A stretch of DNA of 63,549 nt, filler included, from Bonamia ostreae (GCA_040357525.1; 16 parts of 16 records of this genome joined end to end with filler, not necessarily neighbours in it), one strand, 5' to 3'. Counted from the whole stretch's first letter, positions 1 to 12,052 are shown. A program made the numbers and translations. Notes: generated by a model not told the origin, from the letters alone.

Positions 1-3000
1 GAATAAATTCGCCCGACTCGGTCGTCCGCTGCGAGGACTGCGAAAAATGGTTCTGCAACGACAAGGGCAGCACCACGAGCGCCCACATCATAAATCACTT
101 GGTGCGCGCCAAACACAAAAGCGTCGCTTTGCACAAAGACAGCGTCCTCGGCAACACCGCGCTCGAGTGCTTCAACTGCGGTGGCAAGAACGTCTTCCTT
201 CTCGGCTTCATCCCCGCCAAAGCCAACTCCATCGTCGTCCTGCTCTGCAGAGAGCCCTGTCTCTCGCTCAACTCGCTCAAGGAGATGAACTGGGACTTGT
301 CGCAGTGGGTCCCGCTCATCAAGGAGCGCTCCTTCCTGCCCTGGCTCGTGCAGGCGCCGCCCGAGCGCGAGGTGGCGCGCTCGCTGAAAGCCTCCTCCGC
401 GCAGCTGCGCAAGCTGGAGGAGCTCTGGGAACACGGCAACGACGGCGCGACGCTCCCCGACCTCGACCGCCAGGAACTCGAAGACGAGGTCGAGCCCGTC
501 ATGGTGCGCTACTCCGACGCGGCCGCCTTCACGCGCGTCTTCCAGCCGCTGATCGCCCTCGAGTCCGACTTCGACCGCAAGGCGCGCGAGGCACAGAAGC
601 AGAAGGGCGTCGCCATCCGTTGGGCCGCGGGGCTCGGGGGCAGGAAGCGCTTCTACTTCCGGCTGAACAGGGACATCGAGAGGAGCTCGCGCGTCGTCAA
701 AGGAGACGAGGTCGTCCTGAACTACCCCGGGGACGTGGTGAACAAGCGCTGGAACGGCGACGGGGTCGTGCTCGAGATCACCACCGAAGACGAGATCCTC
801 GTCGAGCTCAACGGCGGCAAGAACGCGCCCATCGCGCAGACCTTCGGCTTCAACATCGACTTCGTTTGGAAGGCGGTGCCCTACACGCGCATGAAGAACG
901 CCGTGAACTGCTTCGCCAACGACGACTACTCGGTCACGGGCTTTCTCTACCACGTGCTCCTGGGCCACGAGATCAGCCCGCAGCACATCGCCGCCGACCT
1001 GCCGTCCAAAGTGAGCGCGCCGGGGCTGCCCGAGCTGAACAAGTCGCAGGAGGAGGCGCTGCGGAACTCGATGGAGCAGCCGCTTAGTCTGATCCAGGGT
1101 CCGCCTGGGACGGGGAAGACGGTGACGACGGCGTCGATTGTGTACCATCTGGCGCAGCGGCAGCGCGGGCAGGTTCTGGTCTGCGCGCCGTCGAACATCG
1201 GCGTGGACCATCTGACGGCCAAAATCCACGCGACCGGTTTGAAGGTGGTGCGGCTCACTTCGCGTTCGAGGGAGATGGTGACCTCCTTCGTGGACTTTTT
1301 GTACCTGAATACTTTGACCGACACTTTGGCGAAAAAAATTGACAGCGAAGTTTACAAACTGCAGCAGTTGAAGGAGATGCAGGTCCTATTTAATTCTGTC
1401 GCGGATTGAAAATTTAAATTAGCGAAATTTCAATTTAATTAAATCGAATTTGGAAAAGAAAATTTTAACCAAAATTGAATATTAAAAAAATTGAAATTGA
1501 AAAATTTTACCAAAATTGNNNNNNNNNNNNNNNNNNNNNNNNNNNNNNNNNNNNNNNNNNNNNNNNNNNNNNNNNNNNNNNNNNNNNNNNNNNNNNNNNN
1601 NNNNNNNNNNNNNNNNNNAATATTAAAAAAATTGCAATTGAAAATTTTACCAAAATTGAATATTAAAAAAATTGCAATTGAAAATTTTACCAAAATTGAA
1701 TATTAAAAAAATTTCAATTGAAAATTTTAACCAAAATCTAAAAATATAAAGGGCGAACTGTCTGCGTCAGACAGAAAACGATATTTCAGATCAAGACTGA
1801 AGCTCGAACAGGAACTTTTAGAGAACGCGGATGTGATCTGCGCTACTTGTGTCGGAGCGGGCGATCCTCGTTTGCGCGATTATCGCTTCAAACAGGTCGT
1901 CATTGACGAGTCCACGCAAGCGACTGAACCGGAAGTGCTGATTCCCATTACGAAAGGCGCGAAGCAAATCGTTTTGATCGGCGATCACTGTCAATTGGGA
2001 CCAGTTGTTATGTGCAAGAAAGCGGCTTCCGCCGGTTTTGACAGAGTTTCCTTTCTAAAACTTAGTCCTTGTTTGAGCGCTTGGTGATGCTCGGAGTGCG
2101 ACCCGTGCGTCTGCAGATCCAATATCGAATGCATCCAGCTCTTTCCGAGTTCCCTTCAAACACGTTCTACGAAGGATCTCTTCAGAACGGAGTGAGTACA
2201 GAAGACCGAAAGCAAAAAACGAATTCGAATTTTGACTGGCCCGATCCCGAAACGCCGACGTTCTTCTACGCCTCTGTCGGCCAAGAGGAATTTTCAGCTT
2301 CTGGGACTTCTTATTTGAACAGAATGGAAGCGGTGAATGTAGAAAAAATAGCGACGAAACTTATAAAGGCGGGTGTTTCATCGGAAGAAATAGGAGTGAT
2401 TACTCCGTACGAAGGACAGAGACAATACATCGTGAGCAATATGCTCAGGACCGGTTCTCTCAACAAAACTGTTTTTATTTACAATGTCGTTAACTCTGAA
2501 CAAAACTGTTTTTTGTTTACAACGTCACTTACAATGTTCGCTACCATAATGCATCGCCATTATTTTAGTTACTAATAGAGCTTTTAGGAGTTTCGTTATT
2601 AGTGTTTTCCAGTTGATTCTATTTTTGTGTTAATAAAGATGCGATAAAAATTGCAGTTTCTTGTAAATATAATCTGGAAATGGTTAAAATGGAAAGCGGA
2701 TAGATTGAATTTTCATCGACCAAAAAAGATTTTCGTAAATTTTGAAAATTTTCCATTTCATCCTTTGTTTCTATGTCAACGCTCCGTTTTATCCATTTTG
2801 ATAAGACATGTCGTCTTAGCATTTTAACCATTTACAGATCAGATTTATCAGAATTTGCTATTTTTGATCGCTTTTAATTATCAACATTCGTTTGTTCAGA
2901 AACGCGTTTGACATAAGTACTCGATTTAGTAGGACTGGCCTAGCTCAAATAACGGTTTAAATTTACAGTGGTACGACGAGATAGAGGTGGCGAGCGTGGA

Positions 3001-3811
3001 CGCTTTCCAAGGCAGAGAGAAAAATTACATTCTGCTTTCCTGTGTCCGCTCCAACGAAAACTTGGGCGTTGGTTTTCTGAGCGACCCCCGCCGGCTCAAC
3101 GTCGCCCTCACCAGAGCCAAGTATGGCATGGTGATCGTCGGGAACCCGAAAGTGCTTTCCTCGAACGGCCTCTGGCACAGCCTCCTCTCCCACTACAAAA
3201 AGCACCACTTGCTCGTCGAAGGCCCTCTGGAAAGTCTGACGGAGTGCTTCACGAGGCTTTCCGAGCCGCACGGCCATTTCGAGCGAAAGCGGCTGTGGGC
3301 GCAACACGACAACGAGGACAGGGACTACTACAGACAGCAAGCGGACGCGGGCGGCGGGGAGAACGGCGAAGACGACAAAGAACATGTCCCGGAACAGTAT
3401 TCGTACGCTCATCCCGGCGAAATCGGCCCGCTCAATATCAGAAGATCGCCCGTCGTCAACAAGAAAGACAGGGCTCGTTCTACGAAAATGGGCGCGGAGA
3501 CACAGTTTTCGATGAGCAGCACTCAAGAAATGTCACAATCTCAGAAGCATTCGAACATTGGCGCGACGCAGGATTACTTTTCTTCTCAGACGTCTCGAGG
3601 CGAAGACAATGACGACAGCGATTCGGCGTTCGACTCGGGCGCAATGCCGTCGCAGGCCACTTTCGCCGATTCGAACGGCGAAGAAGAGTTCACACAGCAT
3701 CTCCAGTCGCAGAGGGGAAACCAGACGCAGCCGGAGGACCAAGTCGATGCTCTCGAAGCCGATTTTGATGACTTGTCGGTGGGCTATCAGTCGCAGGTTT
3801 TTGTAAAATGA
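1..3811 (+). CDS. UPF1: Regulator of nonsense transcripts 1 (SF1 RNA helicase), 5'-partial; exons <1-1382, 1752-2045, 2066-2470, 2969-3811
   Basis: CH zinc domain (KWFCN, LECFNCG, LCREPC) and helicase motifs [41 protein letters not shown]. Three GT-AG introns join the ORF pieces in frame. Confidence 0.97.
1619..1730. repeat. Intronic 40-bp tandem repeat (TATTAAAAAAATTGCAATTGAAAATTTTACCAAAATTGAA) beside a 100-N gap
   Basis: Copies start at 1621 and 1661, with degenerate copies at ~1480 and ~1701, inside UPF1 intron 1. Confidence 0.9.
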
Positions 3812-3922
3812 TTTTGTTAAGGAATCGACTGGGACGTCATCTGTCTCTGATTCGGAGGAGTAAAAGATTTAATTATTTTTTGCTCATTAATAATTCGTAA
3901 AAAATGATTTTCGTGTTTTTAT

Positions 3923-4022
3923 NNNNNNNNNNNNNNNNNNNNNNNNNNNNNNNNNNNNNNNNNNNNTTAATTAATTAANNNNNNNNNNNNNNNNNNNNNN
4001 NNNNNNNNNNNNNNNNNNNNNN
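3923..4022. other. Artificial scaffold linker N44-TTAATTAATTAA-N44 (first of 15)
   Basis: The same 100-nt six-frame-stop spacer also starts at 7939, 11953, 15966, 19971, 23973, 27964, 31943, 35918, 39890, 43853, 47797, 51736, 55675 and 59614. Scaffold lengths run from 3922 down to 3836 without increasing. Confidence 0.99.
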
Positions 4023-4222
4023 ATTATTTTATTTTAGCTTTTTATCAATTATTGCAATTTTCAATTATTTTATTTTTTGCAATTTTCAATTATTTTATTT
4101 TTTTGCAATTTTCAATTATTTTATTTTTTTGTAATTTTCAATTATTTTATTTTAGCTTTTTATCAATTATTTTATTTTTGCTTTTAATCAATTATTGTAA
4201 TTTTATAAAATTTTATAAAAAC

Positions 4223-6710
4223 GCGTATAAAGTCGCTGATACTATAAAAGACGTCAAAGTGATTGATTTCAATATTTTTCATTTTCGTCAAGTCATAAAC
4301 TTCTTCGCGCGGTTTTTCAGTTCCAAAAGTTAATAATTTTGCTTTTGTTTCTACTGCCAAATTCACATCAGCTTTTTGAACTGTTCCAACAGAGATTTTT
4401 ACGGTGTTTATTTTTATCTCGTTGTCTGGAACAATTAGCTTTTTTTTTAATTTTTTAATTTCAAAATTCATTTTTTGTTATTTAAATAATTTTTGCCATT
4501 TTAAATTTCAAAATTAATTTTTTGTTATTTAAATAATTTTTGCCATTTTAAATTTCAAAATTAATTTTTTTGCAATTTAAATAATTTTTGCCATTTTTAA
4601 TTTCAAAATTCATTTTTTGTTATTGAAATATTTTTTTATCGTTTATATAAAAAACAGAATTGAATAAATTTTGCATTGTTTCTGCTGCACCACGCGAACC
4701 AGTTTTAATTATAAAATTTATCTCTTGTTCCTCTTTCCGATTTCTTTTCTCGTTCTCAAAATCTTCCCGTTTTTGTTTCATATATTCATTAAACAGTTTT
4801 TTCTCATTTTTGCTCAAAATTTTGTTCTTTTTCTTTTTCAAAATTTCCACTATTTTTTTGTCTTTTATTTCAACTTCTTTTGCTTTTTGGATTTTTTCAG
4901 CTCTTAAAATTTTTTTTGCTTTTTCTCTTTCTTTCAAATTTTCTTCTGACTTTTGATAATTATACAACTCAAGTATTTTTTTCTTTCTTAAAATATCTTC
5001 TTTGGCGAAATCGGAGTCTTTAAAGACTTGCAATTTTTGTCCTACGGAAGGAATTTGTTTGATTCCCCACAAAGTGACAGGTGTCCCAGGAGTTGCGGAA
5101 TTGATGCATTCTCCGAGTGAATTTTTGAGTTTTTTGACTCGGCCGAATATCATTCCTACAACAAAAAAGTCACCAACAGAAAGTTCTCCGTCTAAAACGA
5201 CGATGTTCAACTCGACTCCCATCATCAAAGACGTTTTGACTTCTATTATTACCTAATTTTTTTAAATTTAGCTTTTGCTAAAATTTAGCTTTTTGGATTG
5301 AAATCAGCTTTTGCTTAAATCAGTAATTTATTCAATAAACGGCTTTGGCGGGTCCAGAATAATTTGCTTTTGGTTCGTTGATCATTGCATTGAGATAAGC
5401 AAGGGACATTAATTCGTCAAGATTTTGTTTTTTAAGTGCTGAAATTTTTACAATCTATTTATTTTAAATTAAGTTTCTTATGCGGAAAAATAAATTAGTT
5501 AATTAAAAATTGATAAATTATTACAAAATTTCAACAAAAACGATAAAATTGAACAATAAATATTGAAAAACGAAAAAATGTTAAAGACAACGATAAAATT
5601 CAATAAAAATTTTTTTATCAAAAACGATAAAATTGAACAATAAATTGTCCAAAAATGATAAAATTGAACAAAAAATATTAAAAAGCAAAATTTTAAATGA
5701 ACAAAAACAGTGCAATCACCGCCATCCTCTTCCGAAAACAACTCCAAATCAGCCATTTTCCTTTTAATCTTCACAAAATCGATGTTCGGTAAATCGACTT
5801 TATTCAAGGCCACTACGAACGGCACTTTCGACTCTCGCAACAACCGCAAACTTTCGACCGTCGTCGGCATCGGACCGTCGTCCGCCGCGATCACCAAAAT
5901 CGCGCCATCAACCGCGGTCACTCCCAATTCTCTCATTGACTTAAAAGCTTCGTGTCCGGGCGTATCCAGAATAATCATTTCTTCGCCGCTCCCGAGCTTC
6001 ACCGGAAAAGCGCCCACGCTCTGCGTGATCCCGCCCGGTTCTTCAGCGGCGGCGGAAGAGCTCCGCAGTTTGTCGAGCAAAGTCGTTTTGCCGTGATCTA
6101 CATGGCCCAAAATGCACAAAAGAGGCGGACGTGTTTTCTTTTTTGCCATTTTGGCGAAAAGTTGCGATTTTCGGACTTTTGGATTTTGGCTTTTATGTTT
6201 ATCTAAAGCGAAGATGGCCTCGATGTGGAGTTTTTGAGACAACTCCGTGATTTCCGGTTTGTTCAAAACTACCTTTTTTATTTTGTTCAATGTTTCGGAG
6301 TCCAAATGACTGCCGTCTCCGATGTCCATTTCGGGGCCAAATTTGTCATCGAGGAGCGTAACTATTTTGGTAATCGGAACGTTGGTAATTTTGGAGAATT
6401 TGGACAAATTGATTTTGTCCTCTCTAAACTTTACGGATTTTGTGTTTTGTTTATATGGAAAGTAATCGCTTTTATCGAATAGTTTTTTCGCTGAGTTTTT
6501 GGACATTTTTCGCAGAGGTTTAAGGTAATCTTTTATTTGGGGGAACGAGTCGCTCGCCATTTGTTCAATATCGACTTCTTTGAGGGTCGTTCCGAACAAT
6601 TTTTTAAACGAATTGGATTCGTTTAAATTTTCTTCTGCGAAGAAACGAGTTTTGGTCTGGAAGATTAAACGGAGTCTAGTGCACTTATTAGATTTAAATG
6701 TTTGCAGCAT
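4223..6710 (-). CDS. MTIF2: Mitochondrial translation initiation factor IF-2, 3'-partial; exons 6710-5709, 5454-5341, 5252-4656, 4438-4223
   Basis: RPP..ILGHVDHGKTTLLD, GGITQ, LDTPGHEAF, NKVD. Basic N-terminal presequence-like region. Phase-0 GT-AG introns restore IVKISA and VIIE. Confidence 0.93.
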
Positions 6711-6852
6711 TTTTGGCTAAAGAACGAGAATTTTCTTATATTCGAATCCGTTAACGCTGTTCGGATTATTTGTCTAAATGAATAATTAGCTTTGCTTTTA
6801 AAAAAGTCGCATGATTGGTTATTCGCTAGATCGATAACAGAAAATTGAAAAT

Positions 6853-7431
6853 TTACTTTTTGACTCTTTCTTGGAGAAGATCGGGTCGCAAACAAAAGCA
6901 GTTGGGGCAGTTCTTTTTGCTCCACGGAATTTTCTCTTTCGCTTTGCAAGTGACGCATTCCCATTTCGCAACTTTTTTCATTTTGGTCCTGTTTTTGTTT
7001 TTGCCGATCTTCGGACTTTTGTTTTGCGGGGCCCACGTATTTTCTTCTAAAAGGCCCAAAATGTCTCTTTGGGCGTCATGTGCGTTGTCTTTGTCGTTGC
7101 GTTCATTTGGCTCTTCAGTTGAAAAATCGTTGAGACTTTTTTGCTCAAGTTTCCTTTCGCTGTACAAATGGCGATATTCGTCGTACGGCGGAATCCCTTT
7201 TTTGCGCTGTCTTCTTCTGCTGCTTTTCGATCGTTCCAAGGGTTCAATGTCCATATAGGGGTCGTTCTGGCTCAGCAGGAAATCACTCGCGTTTAAATCA
7301 ATCTTCGCCATTTTCGAAAAGAAGAATTCGGACTTTTGTTGATATATTTTAACTTGAATCGAATGGATGAAAGGACAAGAACTGCCGTTTTTGCAATATT
7401 TTTCTTCACTGAATGTACAACGATCCGACAT
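6853..7431 (-). CDS. CCCH zinc-finger / RanBP2-type zinc-finger protein
   Basis: N-terminal C-x7-C-x5-C-x3-H and C-terminal WECVTC...CPNCFCLRP. Possible in-frame 21-nt intron at 7333-7353. Confidence 0.65.
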   Translation of the reverse strand: MSDRCTFSEEKYCKNGSSCPFIHSIQVKIYQQKSEFFFSKMAKIDLNASDFLLSQNDPYMDIEPLERSKSSRRRQRKKGIPPYDEYRHLYSERKLEQKSLNDFSTEEPNERNDKDNAHDAQRDILGLLEENTWAPQNKSPKIGKNKNRTKMKKVAKWECVTCKAKEKIPWSKKNCPNCFCLRPDLLQERVKK

Positions 7432-7634
7432 TCAAGACTAAATTTATTATATACAAAAATAATGTCTTTAAAACTTGAATAAATTATTATATACAAATTG
7501 ATAATTAACAAAATATCAATTGTAAAAATCGCAATGGAATCGAATTGGGCATTTAAAATAATATTTTGTGTCATTGTGATATTATTTTCAATCAAAAGTT
7601 TCTTTTTGCTAAATCAGACTTTTTTTTATAAATT

Positions 7635-7887
7635 ATGTTGTTATAAATTAAATTACAAAATTTAAAAACGACAAGAAACTTTTAAATAAAAAAAAGATAT
7701 TTTGATTAAAATCAGGTCAATTAATATTAACAATAAAAATGTTGTAATCACTGGAGCGAGCAGTGGTATTGGCGAACAATTGGCTTACGAATATGCTTCG
7801 AAAAGCTGTAATCTTTTGCTAATTGCGCTCGAAAAAGAACTTTTAATGGCTGTTAAAGAAAAATGTCTAAAAAAAGGAGCGCCTTCA
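7635..7887 (+). CDS. Short-chain dehydrogenase/reductase, 3'-partial
   Basis: VVITGASSGIGEQLAYEYA Rossmann motif. Start inferred through a GT-AG intron at 7640-7715. Confidence 0.85.
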
Positions 7888-8038
7888 GTTTTTTTTACAT
7901 AAAGCGAAAATAACAAAAAACTAAAACATCAAATTTAANNNNNNNNNNNNNNNNNNNNNNNNNNNNNNNNNNNNNNNNNNNNTTAATTAATTAANNNNNN
8001 NNNNNNNNNNNNNNNNNNNNNNNNNNNNNNNNNNNNNN

Positions 8039-8600
8039 GCAGCAGCTTGCGCTCCTCGATGACCATCAAAAACGCCAAACAACATATCTTCGCCATTTAA
8101 ATAGACAGAATACGAATCTTCAATCTCTTCGTTCGCATTTACAAAACAAGTGCTCATTTTTCTTACAAAATAATTATTCGAGAAATATCTTTCATCCGCT
8201 TTTGAGACAAAACAAAATTTTATAATTGATTTAAGAAACCATTTTTGTTTAAAATGCTTTTGAGTTTTCGGGAATGGCTTCTAGAATCGAAGACATTTTT
8301 TCTTTCGATTTTGTCTGCGGGGATGTTTTCGCGTTTTGAAGCAACCATTCTCTTTAAAGCAACAAATTCTTTATTTTGTTTGTCGATTGCAATCGGCGAT
8401 ATCGCGACTTGAAATCAAAAGAATAAAAACTGCAAAAAATATTCAAAAAATGAACAAAAAATGAACAAAAAATTCTAAAAATGATTCAAAATCAGAACCA
8501 AAAATATTCAAAAATCGTCTAGAAACGAACCAAAAATCATTTATAAACCGCTCAATCGCAACAAAACGCGCAATTTTGGCCCTGCTCTAAAGAAAAACAT
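8039..8600 (-). CDS. PP2C-family phosphatase (pyruvate dehydrogenase phosphatase-like), 3'-partial; absent from the ORF track
   Basis: Manual translation gives ANEEIEDSY...LFGVFDGHRGAQAA. Arg-rich leader MFFFRAGPKLRVLLRLS. Two phase-1 GT-AG introns (8548-8408 and ~8239-8199). Confidence 0.8.
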
Positions 8601-8631
8601 TAAGTAAAAACGTTAAAAATTTCTATCGAAA

Positions 8632-9746
8632 ATGGCTGAAAATATTCGAATCGGTACTAGAGGAAGCAAAGTAAATTAATAAATTATAATTTAAAAATGG
8701 TCAATCTAAAATTCCAAATTAGTTGGCGCTATGGCAAGCAAATAAGGTGCAAACGTTGTTGAAAGAGCGTCACCCTTTTCTAACTTTCGAAATCAAAACT
8801 TTTTCGACGGAAGGAGATCTAGCTACCGACGCGCCTTTGTACGCTCTCGAGTTTTTAATTATTCTTTGGAGATCTAGCACTTTTAATCATTCCCAAATTA
8901 TTCATCACCGCATTCCCGCAAGATAGATCGCAAGGCGTTTTCACAAAAGAACTCGACAGAGCATTACTGGAAAACAGAATCGACATGGCCGTCCATTCTC
9001 TAAAAGACGTTGAAACCAGTTTGCCCTCAAAAATAGTCCTCGCTTGTTACCTCAAGAGAGATTCCAAAGAAGACGCTTTAATCGTGCGATCTTCTTTAAG
9101 GGCAACGACAAAATCATTAAACCAGCTCGAATCCGAAAACGGCATTATCGGAACCTCTTCCGTCAGAAGAAAAGCGTTTTTAGCCAGAAATTTCCCCTTT
9201 CTGAAAACAGTCGATATCCGCGGCAACATAGACACGAGGATAGAAAAAATGGAGACAAGGGACATTTCCGCGCTGATTTTGTCTGCGGCCGGTCTCGAAA
9301 GAATGGGCTGGAGCCATTTGATCGCAGAAAAACTTGATGTGCCGCACGCAGTTTCGCAGGGCGTTATCGCAGTCGCGTGTTTGGAAAGCAAAACAAAAAT
9401 CGCTGGTTTGCTTGAAACGGTCGACGATGAAGAAACCAGGCTGAGCTGCATAGCCGAAAGAGCATTGCTAAGTGGTCTGAAAGGCGGTTGCAAAGTACCC
9501 GTGGGCGTAACAACGAGTTTTAGTAGAGCCGGAATGCAGTTCAACTTAAAATTGAGGGCGGCGGTCTGTTCTTTAGACGGGAAAGAGTTTTGCGAGGAAT
9601 CGGAACAAATCAAATTTGAAAATAATGGCGAGAAAGAAGTGGAAGCGGCAAAATTGGGGATCAGAGTGGCGGAATCTTTGGACAAAAAAGGAGCACAACG
9701 AATTTTAAGGGGGTGCAGAGACTTGGTAGCAGCGTCTTGTAAATGA
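8632..9746 (+). CDS. hemC: Porphobilinogen deaminase; exons 8632-8670, 8723-8850, 8927-9746
   Basis: IRIGTRGSK|LALWQA, GVFTKELD, AVHSLKD, GTSSVRR, IRGNIDTR, GGCKVP. Confidence 0.96.
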
Positions 9747-9985
9747 ATTTTTGTCCATTTTGAAGTCTTTATTTATGCGCAAATTGCCTCTGACAACGCT
9801 TTTGTTAATAATGATTTGATCAAATCTCTCCACTTTATTTTTAGGGCCAAGTTTTGTCGAAGATGGCCTTTTGAATTTTGAAGATTTTGCTAAAGACAAA
9901 TTTTTGCAGAAGATTTTGCTAAAGACATTTCGAATTTGTTTCAAAAAAGCTCTTTTTACGGCAAAAAACAACAAAACGAGCCGAA

Positions 9986-10919
9986 ATGAACTCGATAATC
10001 TTATTGAAATTGATAACGGGAATAATGACCGATATTAGTCCAACGAATTTTGTTGGATTACTGAAATACCAAAACAGATACATTTGCAGTGTTACTGTCA
10101 TCGATTGCTCTTGGGTTCTTACTGCCGCGCATTGTGTCAGTTCCACCAAAACGGAATTGTTTTCGGTGGAAATTCGGAAAGAAGATATTGTTTCGAAAGA
10201 GTTTTGACTAAAACTTTTAACTGCGTTTTTGTAATTTTTGTAAAAAGGAGATTTTTAAAATTATTGCAAAAAGGAGAAAAAATTTAAAAATTCTAAAATC
10301 TGGAATAAAGAAAGTGATAAAACATCCATTTTATGGTAATTTTCCAGATTTTAAAAGATGAAAAATCGTTAAATTTTGATGTCAGTCTTTTACAAACAGA
10401 AAAATCTCTAAATTCGCTAGAAATTTTGTCATTGAATTCAAAACTGAATTACGAGAATTTGAAAATGGCCGGATGGGGCTCTACTAAAACTTCTTTTATG
10501 TTTTCGGAAAAGTTGAAAATTTTCGACGCGCAAATTGATCAAATTTGCCCAAACTTGCTTTTTAGTCTTTCTTGTCTAAGTTTCACTATCTTCTACTTTA
10601 AGAAATCAAAGGCGATTTCAATCCCTGTCACGGTGACAGCGGTTCTCCAATCTACAATTCCGACAATCAAATAATCGGAATTGTCAGCCATGGCTTCAGT
10701 TGCGACAACTCAAGCCCTGTCGTTTTTGTAAAAACGGCCGAAATCGCCAATTTTATCGCCGAAAACGCTCCGACTGCTCAATGGGACGATTTTCCGCGAG
10801 ATTTGGATTGCTCTTTTGATCTTTATTGGATTTACGCTTGCACTTTCTTAATTCTCGTCGTTTTGCTTTTAGTCGGATTGTTCTCTTTTATTTGCAGAGC
10901 CATTTTCACGAATAATTAA
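9986..10919 (+). CDS. Trypsin-like (S1) serine protease with hydrophobic N-terminus and C-terminal TM anchor
   Basis: WVLTAAHC, FDVSLL and CHGDSGSP appear after removing introns ~10201-10273, 10336-10357 and 10580-10602. Hydrophobic tail. Confidence 0.88.
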
Positions 10920-11048
10920 ATTTTGTGTAAATTTTGTCATTTAACTTAATTACAATTGACCAAGTTTAAAAACGAAGACATAAATTATCAGATCTGCCGT
11001 TAAAATATTTGAAAAGAAAAATTTTCAGTTTTTAGTTATGAAAAAAAT

Positions 11049-11638
11049 TTATAAATCAGTGTATTTTTTGACTAACTCCAACGTCTCCAAGACCAGTTTC
11101 AAATCCTCCGATGGTTTACTGCTCATATTGCTAGAATTCTTTTCAGCTTTTTTGGGAGGTTCGAGTGGTTTTTGAGGAAAATGGGGTTCCATTTCGTCGA
11201 AGAAATTTTTGAATTTTGAGGGCAAAACTGGAACCGAAAATTTTTGTTTATGTTTGATAAAAGAGCTTATTAAGGAAAGTACATTAGGCCATCTTTATAT
11301 ATTAAACTGTGAAACTTTTGAAAGATGTCGGTGTGTTTAAGCTCAAAGGTTACAATTTGCATGCTAGAAATTTTTATTTAAACGATGTCAAGAGCGAGTA
11401 CTTCGTGTCTTTGTCAAAATCGTCGCCGTTTTCGATGATTTTAATCGATTTTAAGAGGACTTCTGTCGGTTCGACATATTTGATTTGGGTCACTTTGGAT
11501 TAAAGTGCAAACTTTTTTGGTTTTTGCGTTGCAGAGAAATGTGGCTCTTCTCTATTTTAGCCAACTTTTGTTTTAATTGCTCGAAAGGATGAATTTCTAA
11601 TTTTATATAATTTATGCAAAACCAGCTTTATCGACCAT
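11049..11638 (-). CDS. Hypothetical protein with four micro-introns; absent from the ORF track
   Basis: Removing GTTT..AG introns 11622-11597 (26 nt), 11512-11493 (20), 11383-11364 (20) and 11315-11293 (23) gives one open frame MVDKAEIHPF...KKYTDL*. Confidence 0.7.
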
Positions 11639-11662
11639 TTACAAAAATTTAGCCAAACTAAA

Positions 11663-11938
11663 ATGAGCTCGACTGTTTACGAACCCAAAAGAACACTTTA
11701 CGTCAACAGAATCAATGAACGCCTTAAGTTAAACGGTTTTTTTGACAAGCTTTAAATATATGAAGAGCTCAAAAGATTATTGAATATGCTCTTTTCTAAA
11801 TATGGCTCAGTGGAAGAAGTCATAGTAAAAAGAGGGATCAAGTACAGAGGGCAAGCCTGGGTCATTTATGAAAACAAAAACAGTGCACAAGTAGCCATCG
11901 ACCAATTGAACAATTTCTTCTTCTTTAACTCGAACATT
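11663..11938 (+). CDS. U1A/U2B'' family snRNP RRM protein, 3'-partial; absent from the ORF track
   Basis: TLYVNRINERLKLN|ELKRLLNMLFSKYG...KYRGQAWVIY, with a 30-nt intron at 11736-11765. Confidence 0.9.
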
Positions 11939-12052
11939 GTTTAACCGATTTTNNNNNNNNNNNNNNNNNNNNNNNNNNNNNNNNNNNNNNNNNNNNTTAA
12001 TTAATTAANNNNNNNNNNNNNNNNNNNNNNNNNNNNNNNNNNNNNNNNNNNN

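Noticed and set aside
47-1087. Long alternative-frame and antisense ORFs over UPF1 and the ARM-like gene (also 38096-39058, 38251-39006)
   Set aside because: Shadow ORFs caused by high GC3. They contain no recognisable motifs.
1383-5708. All introns being phase 0, as in UPF1 and IF2
   Set aside because: Phase 1 and 2 introns are common elsewhere (hemC, protease, RIO2, U1A, CBP80).
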